Of a stretch of 64,000 bases of DNA, positions 13,087 to 24,703 are shown piece after piece. Every line of letters begins with the position of its first letter. The first letter of the stretch is position 1. The stretch is taken from contig CM075987.1 of assembly GCA_038087875.1 (NCBI GenBank), positions 20,400,001 to 20,464,000 of the forward strand, written 5' to 3'. Both the position numbers and the translations under genes were made by a program. Source of the DNA: Malacoraja senta (lineage: Eukaryota). The notes beneath the pieces were generated by a model, which was given only the letters and a program-made list of their open reading frames with translations, ran no database searches and was not told the DNA's origin.

Positions 13087-14448
13087 GTAAAGATCAATTT
13101 TCAGTGCTTGTATATTCATCTTCCTGTGCCAATTCAACCTTCTCTTTGTAAATCTCCATAAAGTGACTGCTGTAGCTGTTAACTTTGATACTAATGTTAT
13201 GATCTCATTGGGCAAATGGGAATTGCTGCTGAATTCCAGGCCACCCCTACTGTAACCTGAACTTCCACAATTAATTTCCTTTGTAAATTGTTAAATCTAC
13301 AACTTGAGTTCAAAAGATAAAAACTAGTGATCTGTGAGAATTAATAATGTTCAGTACTAGTTATTAATTCAAGATTCAAGAGTTTATTGTCATGTGTCCC
13401 TGATAGGACAATGAAATTCTTGCTTTGCTTCAGCACAACAGAACATAGTAGGCATTGGTAACCCAAGGTAAACTGATGATGCTGTTTGCTAACTGATCAA
13501 CTAATGCACTTCACGGTTTAAGGAAGTACTTGATGTAGGAGTGATGGTGTTTATGCAGTGAATGCTGAGTCCTCATGTAAAGAGGGAAGAGGGGGCACAT
13601 GAGCAACCTCTCACATGTTCTAACTACTGGGTGTGACACCCAACCTGGAACAGTTTATAATTTACAGTTAGATCTGAAGCTGGGTGGATCATATGCCAAA
13701 CCAACCCCTTCTCCACCGTTCCTTGGGAAGTTATTCCCCTGGGCGGGAAGAACCAAATTCCCATCAGTTTGGAGGAAAGATGATTTTTCCATTATCTTTT
13801 TGACAACTGATAGCATTCAAGAGCAGCTGCGATAATCTCCATCTGAATAGATCATTTAATGTACCTAATCAACCCAAGGTATTCCCTGTGTACATTGTAA
13901 AGGAGTTGTGCAAAAAATGAATGACCAGAAGCTTGGTCGAGGAGAGAAGCTCTACTGTTTATGTTAAAGGTGCAGAGAGGGAGATGACTGATGCAGGGTT
14001 TTAGTGTGGGAACTCCAGAGGATGGAGCCCAGCAACTAAACTGAATGGAGCCAGTGGTGCAGAAAATCACATTAGGGGATTCAGGAGGTTGGAGGGAGGA
14101 GGTGAGAGTTCGGGAAGGATTAGGACCATGAAAAGCTTATGAGAATTTTACGGCTCAAGGAATGCAATGGGGCATTGCAATTCCTGCCTAAGAACCAAAG
14201 ACAGACACAAAATGCTGGAGTAACTCAGCGGGACAGGCAGCATCTCTGGAGAGAAGAAATGGATGACATTTCAGGTCGAGATCTGCCTGTCCCGGTGAGT
14301 TACTCCATAACTTTGTGTCTATCTTCAGTTTAAACCAGCATCTGCAGTTCCTTCTCACACTGCCTATGTGCCAGTTGTGATCACCCTAACTGTACTGTCC
14401 TTTTGATCTTTCTACGTTGCTTTGGATTCCTGAAACGTTTTGTTCCAG

Positions 14449-14611
14449 ATCAGCAACGGTCCTGGCTTGTGCGGCAAGTGAACATTGATACGGAGTATCT
14501 CCGGGCACTGAACGTCCTGGACTACAGCCTCCTGGTGGCCCACCAGCCCCTGCACCTTGACGAGCGGCAGCAGAGCTGGTCCTTTGCAAACGTCATTCTC
14601 CGGACCAAGAA
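14449..14611 (+). CDS. PIP5KL1: PIP5KL1 coding exon (D-QQRSWLVRQVNIDTEYLRALNVLDYSLLVAHQPLHLDERQQSWSFANVILRTK-K)
   Basis: Acceptor ttttgttccag, donor GTAAGT at 14612. 163 nt, phase 1/2. DYSLL motif. Confidence 0.95.
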
Positions 14612-14639
14612 GTAAGTAGCTTTAGAGACACAGGCCATC

Positions 14640-14970
14640 CGGATGTGGAGAGGATGCCTCCAGTAGTGCCAGAGTCTTGGACCAGAGGGCACAGCCTCAC
14701 AATAAAAGGACCTACCTTTAGAATGGAGATGAAGAGGAATTTATTTAGCCAGAGGATGGTGAATCTATGGAATTCATTGCCATAATGGAAGCCAAGTCAT
14801 TGGGTATTTTTAAATTGGAGATTGACAGATTCTTGATCAGTAAGGGTGTCAAAGAGTACAGGGAGAAGGCAGTAAAATGGGGTTGAGAGGGAAAAATAGA
14901 TCAACAATGATCAACTGGTGGAGCAGACTCAATAGGCCGGATAGCCTAATCTGCTCCTGTGTCTTATGAA
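14640..14970 (+). mobile_element. CR1 LINE 3' fragment
   Basis: gatgtggagaggatg...agagggcacagcctc...ctgctcctgtgtcttatg; same family as the 3' part of 10537-11705. Confidence 0.8.
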
Positions 14971-15549
14971 CCTCCATCTCATCATGAACCTGTGTGTAAA
15001 TCTTGGATGAACAAGGTCTAGCACACGCGTCAAGGGGCCAAATGGCTGCCTCCTGTGTTGCACAATTTCATGGGTACGATTGATGCTGGACTTCTATTCT
15101 TCAGGTGACAGGTCAATAGCATTATCATGGTTCAAGTCCCACTTCAGGCACTTAAGCCATAATCCAGACCAATACCGCCATGATTGAAGCAGTGCTTCTA
15201 AGATGTTTTCTTTCAGAGGAGACCTTAAACCAGGATCATATCAGCCTAATTGGGTAGAATTAAAGATCCTTCAGTCATTGTGATGAAGAAAACTATAATT
15301 TTGTCCCAGTGTCCTGGGAAGGACAATATTGATCTCTGAAATAACATAACGAAACAGCTTGAGCATCCCCATGATGTGCTGGTTCGTAGGTTATTTTCCA
15401 TCTGTAAATTCTCCCTGGTATGTAGGGTAGACAAAAGTGCTGGAGAAACTGAGCGGGTGAGGCAGCATCTATGGAGCGATGGAAATAGGCAACGTTTCGG
15501 GCCGAAACCCTTCTTCAGACTGGTATGTAGGGAGTGGATGCGAAAGTAA

Positions 15550-16024
15550 AGGGCCTGTCCCACTTGGCCATCATTTGCACCTCATTTACGCGTCATATGT
15601 AAAATAGGTCGACGCGCCATCGCACGCAAATCATGTGTCATCACGCCGTCTGGTGCCCATAACGTCATTAGAATACCCTGCGCCGTGCGGCGATGCATGG
15701 TTACGCACGGTGACGTAACCATGCGTCACCACGCGATGCATGTGAGACGCCAGGATGACAGCGTGCGACGCCAATGCGTCAGCGTGCGTACCCAATGCGT
15801 CATCGTGCGTACACGATACATCACGCAGGTGGTGCGCGAGGATTTCGTGCAGCACAAAATCCTGGAGTGCCGCGCGATACCGCACGCAACTCCACACTCC
15901 TCCACGCCTCTCCATGCGCCCGTCCCGCGGCACCCACACACTACCCGTGCGTCACAACGCGACGACCACATTTTTGGAGGTCGCGTAAAGGGCGCGCAAA
16001 TGACGGCCAAGTGGGACAGGCCCT
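15550..16024. mobile_element. Non-autonomous DNA transposon (MITE), PIF/Harbinger-like
   Basis: Terminal inverted repeats AGGGCCTGTCCCACTTGGCC / GGCCAAGTGGGACAGGCCCT flanked by TAA and TTA; very CpG-rich interior; interrupts a SINE tail. Confidence 0.8.
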
Positions 16025-16492
16025 TTAGATAACACAGAAGTGGTGTGAATGGGTGATCAACAGTTGGTGTGGACGGTGGGACGTAGAGTCTGTTTCCATA
16101 CTGTATCTTGTAATCAATCAAAATACAAAGTCAGGAACTCAGCGGGTTAGGCAGGATCTGCGGAGGGAATGGACAGACAATGTTTCAGGTCAGGACCCGT
16201 CTTCAAACTTTGTCTGTTCATTCTCTTCACAGATGCTGCCTGACTAGCCGAGTTCCTCCAGTACTTTGTGTTTTGCTCATGATCTCTGCATCTATTGAGT
16301 CTTCATTAAAGCAGCTTATCTGACCACTGCTCCGTGACTGCGTGTGGAGCCTCAATGTTACAGAATTGGCCAGGTTTCCCTGTGTTATTAAAGTGGGTGT
16401 GTTTGAAAGAAATAATTAATTGACTGTGTAGCACTTTGGGATGCATTCAGGTGAAGATAAGCCTTAGATAACTCCATTCCCCTCTCCCACAG

Positions 16493-16916
16493 ATCGATGA
16501 TCAGTGGAGGCAGCCCTAGTCACTCCACCGGGACCCCAGTTCCAGGGTTAGTGGAGGAAGAATCGACTGTGCCGGTGTCTGAGGTTGTAAGTGGCACAGA
16601 CGAGTGCCACGTCAAGGAGGTCCCCAAGGCAACGTTGTCCTCAGTAGACAGCAGTGGGTCGGACATGGAACTGACCGAAGTGTCCGTGCAGAATCGGCGA
16701 CTGCTGCCCAGATCCAAGAACTCCTTGCACATCATCGACGGGGCCCAGAGCCGCTACTTTGTGGGAATCATCGACGTCTTCACCGTGTACGGGTTCCGCA
16801 AGAAGCTGGAGTACCTGTGGAAATCCATCAGATATCGAGGCCAGTCCTTCTCCACAGTCCATCCTGACAAATATGCCAAGCGACTGTGCCAGTGGGTGGA
16901 TGACCACACAGTTTAG
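16493..16916 (+). CDS. PIP5KL1: PIP5KL1 last coding exon (...QNRRLLP...[28 protein letters not shown]...[22 protein letters not shown])
   Basis: Acceptor cctctcccacag (AG 16491-16492), phase 2, stop TAG 16914-16916; ORF 16497..16916. C-terminus resembles human RRLCQWVEAHTE. Confidence 0.95.
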
Positions 16917-18185
16917 GAGCTCGGGTAGCTTGAGGGAGGGTGGGGGAACACTGGGGGGGAAGAGGGCTAGAGTTCAGAGTGAGTCTGAGCGGTGAGGCTA
17001 ACTTCTGCCACTGGGCATAGTCTATGACCCGACAGGTCACAGGGTGGGAGGTTGTCCTCTCGAGGCTTCACCAACAGGTGGTGAAGCATCAATGTCAGTC
17101 ACTGGGGGAAACTGGCCTGTTTCTGTGCTGTAAAATGCTTGGTGTAAAGACGTCAACATTGCACTTGCTAGAGCCACTTTCAAATCAAAATACGAGAACA
17201 AATTCACTGGTCACCGCATGGAAAAGCTGTCCAGACTTGCATGATGCTCTAGACTGCCTTAAATGGAAGGGGAAAGGAAGCTACTACCATTGAGCCTTAA
17301 GTATAGTATGTGCACACAATTCCTCTTCTTTAACATGGGTGAAGCTTGATTTAAAAAAATACTGCATGCAGCAAATCAAAGTTCCTGAACACATAGCTGG
17401 TCTTATCGGCTCTCTCCACACAATCTAATCTTCAAATGTCAATGCCTTCCCTGACTAAAACTGCTGCTCGAGCCAACAACGGGTGGTGCCCACTCAATGA
17501 AGGCAGGGACAGGGGAATTCTACATCAGGGTAAACAGTGGGCAGGAACAGAAGCACTCCATATCAGGGTAAAAGCACCTGCTAACACCAAACCCAGTACC
17601 AGGTCAGCAGAGTGAGGGAATGGCATCTCGACCAAGATCCAACTCCGTGCTGCCAGCTGATTGTAAACTACAATAACAGAATGGCTCCGGCAACTAATTT
17701 GCAGAAGAACATATTTCTGTATTTCCTCATGACATAACAGCAGCCCATCATGTTCTATTAAGATATTTGGACAGTACATGGATAGGAAAGTTCAGCAAGG
17801 TATGTGGGCAAATGCGACTAGTTTAGATGTGGCATCTTGGTCGGCATGGGCAAGTTGGGCAGAAAGGCTTGTTTCCATGCTGTATCACTCTATGACTCAA
17901 TCTTTGCAGTCTCATAAAGCAATCTTTGACCCACACTAATTTCCTTTTAACCTATTTTCCCTACATTCCCATCAACTCCCCCAGATTGGATCACGCACCG
18001 AAACACTTGGGCAATTTGCAGCAGCCAATTAACCTACCGACCCATGCCTCTTTAAGATGTGGGTGAAAACCAGAAAACCCGGAGGAAATCCATGCAGTCA
18101 CAGGGAGAAGGTACAATCTCTGCAGTAAGGCTGCAGCTTCACTAGTTGCACCACGGTGCTGCCCTAAATGGTAACAATTGGTGAA

Positions 18186-18191
18186 AATAAA
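18186..18191 (+). terminator. Possible polyadenylation signal for the PIP5KL1 3' UTR
   Basis: First AATAAA I found after the stop codon, followed by T/GT-rich sequence. Others occur at 18977 and near 19418, so usage is unknown. Confidence 0.25.
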
Positions 18192-18834
18192 TTTTTGAGA
18201 GTTCCTATTTACAGCAAGTTGGAATGTCTTGTTTTCAAAGGGTGAGGATTGCAGATACAAAGATTATTTGGATTAAAGATTAAAGGAATTGGGCATTTTA
18301 TTGGAAAGGTACTATTTTGGGGAAAGTCAATAGCAGTAAGATTATTTGGACAGTTCTCAAACACATGGTATGGGTATGATGTCCACATGGAGACCTGTGC
18401 TGTGTCGTCCTGAAAATACTTTAACTCCTGCATGAGTGAGTCAGTGACCCGTGGACAGATTTAAGACAATTGGCAAAATAGATTTACATGTACACTTGAG
18501 ACGGAAATACTTTGCGACACTCTTTCGCTCTAATTATTCTCAGTTTTGCATGGCTCAGTGAGGAGATTGGATTATGGTGTCAGAGTGCTGGCGTTGGTTT
18601 GTGAGGAAGATGACTCAGCAGCCTTAAAGTGTAGCCAGACTGATCACTGAAATGGGAAATACTGGAAATGTACAAAATCCACCAGCAGATTAAAAAGCCT
18701 GGTCAATGATCTCGTTGAACATCCTTTGTTGACAACCACTACTCGAAAGATTGATAGCCTGCCATGTGGCTCACCTGCGCCCCCATTGAATCACGGACAT
18801 GTAACTGAATGAGGTGATTCAACACACCCTTGAG

Positions 18835-19150
18835 GTACTGTATCCTGCAGAACTAGCACATAACCAGGACCTCCAACAAAACAGCACACTGCACCCAAAT
18901 AGAACCACACAGAAACATATTGGAACCACCATTAGAACCACGGCACCCGAGGGAACCATCTCATATTCTACACCCTAATAAAACCACTTATTTGCTGCAT
19001 CCGCATAGAAGCAACTCATATCTTGAACTCCAATAGAGTTATCAAATATACTGTACCCTAATGGAACTGCTTCATATGCTGTGACTCTCTAGAACCACCT
19101 CATGTATCATAGGCATATATGTAGCATAGAAACACCTCACATATTGCATT
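18835..19150. repeat. Degenerate ~27-28 bp minisatellite
   Basis: Recurring unit resembling catatnctgcaccc(t/a)atagaaccacct, with cores near 18953, 18980, 19007, 19035, 19063 and 19091. Confidence 0.55.
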
Positions 19151-22100
19151 CGACAGGCACAAATAATCAACATTATAACTCCCATAAACCTAAAGACAAT
19201 AGCAAACCCCATTTGATTCATATGACTTGTAATATACATTCATACCATGTTAGGACACTTAGTAATCCTGGAACCACGATTTGGAAATGATATTTTTCCT
19301 TATTTGATGCCACTCTGGACTCTGAACCGGAGGGTTAAGGGTTAAGGGTCTAGGGTTCAATAATGGCAGTGTAAAATGTGGAATCTCGGGCATCGTAAAT
19401 AATTCACTTGCACTGTGCAATAAAATGATTTTTCCATTCCGTTAATTTTTCGTACACGGTGGTCAGAATGAATCAAATCTGAAAACCTTGGGTTTAAACC
19501 AGTATGTTTCAAAACCTTAACACACCCGAAAACGCTTTGTACCTGACAGAATATTCCAGAAGTTTACTGATTGATGCTGCACACAAAGCGCAGCACCAAA
19601 TGTTGCAGAGCAAGATTCCACAACAGCAATATGATAGGAAGCAGATAATGGCCGGCACGCCAGTGAGAACAAACCACTGTTCTTGAAAATAGTAGCAAGA
19701 GATTCACCTGACAGCATGTTCTACCCTATACTCTCAGTGGACAGTGCAAGTGAGGGAAAGCCTCAGACTGGGGAGAAGTGGATGTTACAAGGCTGTCCAT
19801 TCAAGGCATTATTACCACATTAACCCCCGAATTCTCTACAATTGTCCAGTTATCTCTTGTAGGAAGTTTGGATCCAACTGTTTAATCTATTGGTGGACAG
19901 AAACAGCTTTATCAGTGAACTCCTCATGGGCCTGAAATGCATCATCTTCGAGTCGGGAACACAGAATCTGCCCTGACCAGTTCACCCAATGTCAGAACTC
20001 TTGTCCCTTGTTACCTGGGGACCCTCTGTTCCATAGTGTACAAGGGAAATATTATGAATCTGGGAAATCTGAAATAAAAAACACAAAGTGCTGGAGTTAC
20101 TCATCAGATAGATCCAGCACCATTCCCCCACCCCAGATCATCCCATCGCCATGGACATCAGGTTTATTAGTCTCAGTGTGAGCAGCAAGGTACTGACTGT
20201 GAACTTGGCGCCAGATTTGACCACGTGGGGTCATTGAACGGCGATATTAAGTCTATGTTCCTCTTCCTACAGAGGCTGCCTGACATTCTGAGTTTGTTTT
20301 TCACTCCCACCTTCTGCTCTCTGTAAATGTCCCCTCATCCATTACACTGCCTCTGGTATCAGACGGGTGCTGGAATGAGAGAGCAAGTTAAAGCAGGCGG
20401 GATGAGCAAGCTCCACTCCTTTGGTTAGAGTAGATCATATAGAAATGACTTGAGTCAAGCTGACTTTGATAGACTCTGCCTCAGTGTGGATGAGTGCAGT
20501 CTTTATAGAAAGCAGTCTGTTAGAAACTGATAAAAGCTGGAGAAAGGGAAAGGAATATTTTAAGCAGAAGCAGAATAGAAATGATTTGCTGATCCTGCAC
20601 GAAATGCTGAGAAGAATTGCTTTATATTCCAGCGGAAGAACTGGCCTTGGGGGTTTGCACCAGGTACTTCAGCAATGGCGAATCCTGGTTATCGGTTACC
20701 CATTACACACTCACACAGTTAGGGTCTGTTCCTTCTGCTTTCTGTTGTAGGTTTTCACTTGTTCTTTCTGTAGCTGGGACCTGATTCTGATATGTCAATG
20801 GTGCCACCTTTTGGTACATCAATATTTTACTTTATTAAAAATCCTGAGGATGTACAGGCAGTTCTCAGGTAACGAACAGGTTCTGATTTTACAGAAGTAC
20901 ATACATACTTTGTTCATAAGTCAGAAAACACACAATATTCACTAGATAAGGTAACCTTATCTCTACAGCGCTGTAATAAATGGCATCAAAAGCACACAAG
21001 ACATTAAGGAAGAACAATTACTAACATTTTTGAGAGAGGAAACTAAATCTGAACGTGTGTAGGTGCACTGGAGTTTGGAATTTAATATGGGAGCTTGCTG
21101 ATGTGTAGGAATGTCCATAAATCAATGTCCTAAACCAGGAAGGGCATGTACGTAAGTAGAGAACAGGGACTGCAGTTTTGAACTTTGCACAAACATGGTA
21201 GTTACGAGCTGGGTAGCAGCAGAGTTCACGTGGACATGGTGAAACTCACTATCAGTAGCACCTGAGACATAATATGGATAGGTATGATGCATTCTGCTGA
21301 GAAATGGCAATATAATAGAAGAATTAATTAGTCCCTTACTCATTCTTGAAAATGGCAGAGCACATTAACTAGGCATTTGGGAAATGGGGATATAGAATTA
21401 AAAAATAAAATTCATGCTAATACTTCACAAATTTCTGATTGCTTTCACTTGAGGTTTTGCACAATCGTTGTCACCAAACTTTAAGAAGGCGGAGAGGAAA
21501 TAGAAAAGGTTTAGCAGGATGAGAGGTGGATAGGATGTATGTGGAGATTTTGGAGAAACCACGATTCTTCTCCTGAGCGCAGGTAAGTTTATGGGGTAAA
21601 CGCGACATGACTTCGAGGCTTTGAGGGATTTTAGTAGAGCAAGCAAGAACATTGTGTTTCCTCTTTGGTGGCTGAGAATTAGACATTGTTTTACAAAGTA
21701 AATGGTACTCGACGGGAGGGAATGTGAGCTAGTATTTCTTCACTCAAACAGCAAGTTGCAGCTGGTAGAGTTGCTGGATCTCTAGCTCAAGTCCTGCACC
21801 TGGAGACCTTGGGAAGAGGAGGAAGACGCTGATGACAAGGCAGACGAGAGAGAGTTCGCTGGCATCATCTCCGAGTGGCATGGAGAGAGGCTGCTGCCAT
21901 GCTGCACTGGCACAGTTACCCAAAGTGTCACGCAATGATAACAGTGATATCATCAAACATATCTAGTTCTTAGAATCAACAACTTTATCAGCGTTGCAGC
22001 TCTGTAACACTTGTTCCAATTAAAGCTCACCAGAACTCCAGTGGCATTTAGAACCTCAGAATGTTATTGCCACTGTCGGAGCAAGAAGGGATCTCGGACA

Positions 22101-23370
22101 TTGGACAGAGATATGGATAGGAAATATTTAGAGGGCCATAGGCCAAATGCAGGCAAATAGGATGAGCCCAATATGCCAACTTGGTTGGTATGGGGCAAGT
22201 GGGCAGAAGGGCCTGTTTCTGTGCCGCACAGCTCTATGGCTCTTCAGACACGGATATTTCTCCCAGCCAACCAGCATGGCGAAAGTGTGACCAGGTGACC
22301 TGACATACAAAGCAATTCCTGTCACCTGATATTTCTCCAGAAATATGTGGAGAGCAGACACTATATGAGTTCACCCTCATGTCCTGTTTTGCAGGTGCAC
22401 ATGCATTGCTTATTAACATGAATGAAGGGACCTATTACCTAAACTTTGCACAGGCTTGCTGCAAAAACCGTGCACACGTTTGAAAAGAGCACTTTTCCCA
22501 GACAGATTAAAAAAATTCCCTTTGGTCCTCTCCATTGACGTTTTGCTTTAAATAAGGAGGTCTTTGTGCAGCATCTTAACTAGAGTGCTGCTGATTAGCA
22601 AGATGATCGCAGCAGTTGTGAGTAACATTCCAGCAGGTTGATGGGTTTTATTTATTCATTGATAGGCTGTCAGCATTTGTTGTTGTTCGCCCCACCAATG
22701 ACCCCGAGTCAACAGCATTGAAGGGTCTGCAGTCACAGCCAGGTCTAGATAACAGGTTCCCCTTCCTAAGGGACATCAGTGAACCAACCGGGTACTTGAC
22801 ATAATCTTATAATGTCATAGTTCCTATTGCTGAGACTAGGTTATTTAAATTCCAGATTTGCTCAAATTTAAGTTTCTCAGTGGCCGGAGCAGGATTTGAA
22901 CTTGTGTCACTGGGTCTGTAATCCAAAACTCAGGCAGCTGGTGCAATAATTTAACATTACAATTATGCTTTTCAACAGCAGCACTCGGCTCCCTAGAGAG
23001 CTAACATGTCAAGTCAATCAGGTTCTGTCTCCAATGAGAAATCTTCGCAAGGCTCCAACAGAGGCTCTAGTTTAATGGGCCAGTAAAGGAGCTCAGCGTT
23101 TAATAATCAGTAGTGGAAGCATTTTGATTCACACAGTAACCAGCAGATTGATCTCATCAGTGCATGCTGCTCCTTCCCTGCACAGTGCACCACTCAACAC
23201 TGACTCAACACAGTGCACCACTCAACACTGGCCCAAGACTTACCATTCAATTCTCCTGTAAATCAGAAAAGGTTCATTGCAAATGATTCTCCCTCTCCGA
23301 CATCACTGCTTCTACCACAAGTCTCTGCCTCAGATGGGGCCAAAGGTGAGTGCAGAACAAGTAAGTAGGA

Positions 23371-23582
23371 AGGTACACAAAAATGCTGGAGAAACTCAGC
23401 GGGTGCAGCAGCATCTATGGAGCGAAGGAAATAGGCAACGTTTCGGGCCGAAACCCTTCTTCAGACTGATGGGGGGTGGGGAGAAGAAAGGAATAAGGCG
23501 GAGGAGGAGCCCGAGGGTTGAGGGATGGGAGGAGACAGCCCGAGGGCTGAGGAAGGGGAGGAGACAGCGAGGAGCAAGCAGG
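23371..23582 (-). mobile_element. Penelope 3' terminal-repeat fragment with hammerhead-like motif (23434-23467)
   Basis: Closely similar to the reverse complement of about 63640-63847; contains CTGAAGAAGGGTTTCGGCCCGAAACGTT. Confidence 0.8.
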
Positions 23583-24193
23583 AAATTGTGAAGAAGGAAA
23601 TAATCTTCTGTAATTATCACCAGGACAAGATGGCAACGATGATATGTGGCCCCAAACCGCACACTAAAGAGGGCCACAACCAAGATTCAAAACAAGAAGT
23701 ATCATTATTAACCAATTAAATGAACATTTTCGATTATCCCCTCAAAAATCGGTGCTATTTGAAAAAAAAAATAGTGCACTCACAATACTCCTTTTCAAGA
23801 ACAGACAAATCCAAGCACATGTATAAAACAAACATTTATCTTGAAAGTAAATACCCTCATGTCATGTCTCACTGCCTGACGCGCATGTTTACAAGTCCTG
23901 GCCCCAGTTGGCAGGGTCAGGGGTTGATGCAGCTCCCATCACATGACATGGGTGACTAGAGAGGTCAAGAATCAAGATATGTACCAACCGGCAATGGGAC
24001 AGTGAAATTCTTACTTGCTGCAACTTAACAGGCTTGTTAACGCAATAACACACGCAAATATATAATAATCAATAATAACCATAATACTAGATAACCATAA
24101 TAATGCAAAACCAAAGTCTGTTGGACAACCAAAGACACAAAGGTCCGTGTAGCAGATCATAGTTGCTGAGGTAGTAGTTACCGTTGTACAGTA

Positions 24194-24703
24194 ATAATAA
24201 TAATAATAATACATTTTATTTGTGGGCGCCTATACAAAAGTCTCAAGGACACCTTACAGAGTTTAACAAAGAAACAAATAATCGGGGTAAAATAAGTTAT
24301 AAAGACATCACCAATACACAAATGAAAGACAGAATTCAATCCAAAGACACAAAAAAGAAAATCAGAAACACAATGTGAGGAGAGAGCAGCGGCAGCTAAA
24401 CCGCGCCAGCGTCCACTCTCCCCTCCGACCGCCATCTTGGACACAGACTAACATAGACACAACACACAAAAATCATCCCCCCACAATGGTTACCACTGTG
24501 GGGGAAGGCACAATGTCCAGTCCCCAACCCCAGTTCACCCAAAGTCAGGCCTATTGAGGCCTCCGCTATTGCCTCTACGGAGGCCCGATATTCCTGGCCG
24601 TTCTCACCGGGTGATATTGCCCCGGCGTCGGGAGAGTCCTCTCAGCGGCTGGGCCACCTGGAACGGCCGCATTCCTCACCGGAGGCCGCAGCTACCGAAG
24701 CCG
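24194..24703 (-). mobile_element. Short retroposed element with AATAAA plus (TAT)n tail
   Basis: Possible TSD ACAGTA at 24188-24193 and 24704-24709. Minus strand ends aaataaaatgtattattattattatt; the 5' half is CpG-rich. Confidence 0.6.

Noticed and set aside
15631..16121. Cluster of overlapping ORFs in several frames
   Set aside because: Caused by the GC-rich, stop-poor MITE interior.
20600..20790. Exon-like unique sequence on the minus strand
   Set aside because: Stops in all frames within short distances, no pyrimidine tract at the candidate acceptor, and no recognisable protein.
21535..21588. MYVEILEKPRFFS*AQ|gtaagt, superficially like the end of SH3GLB2 exon 1 (FFSRAVQ)
   Set aside because: In-frame TGA, a missing residue and no MDFN/KKLA similarity; likely coincidence.
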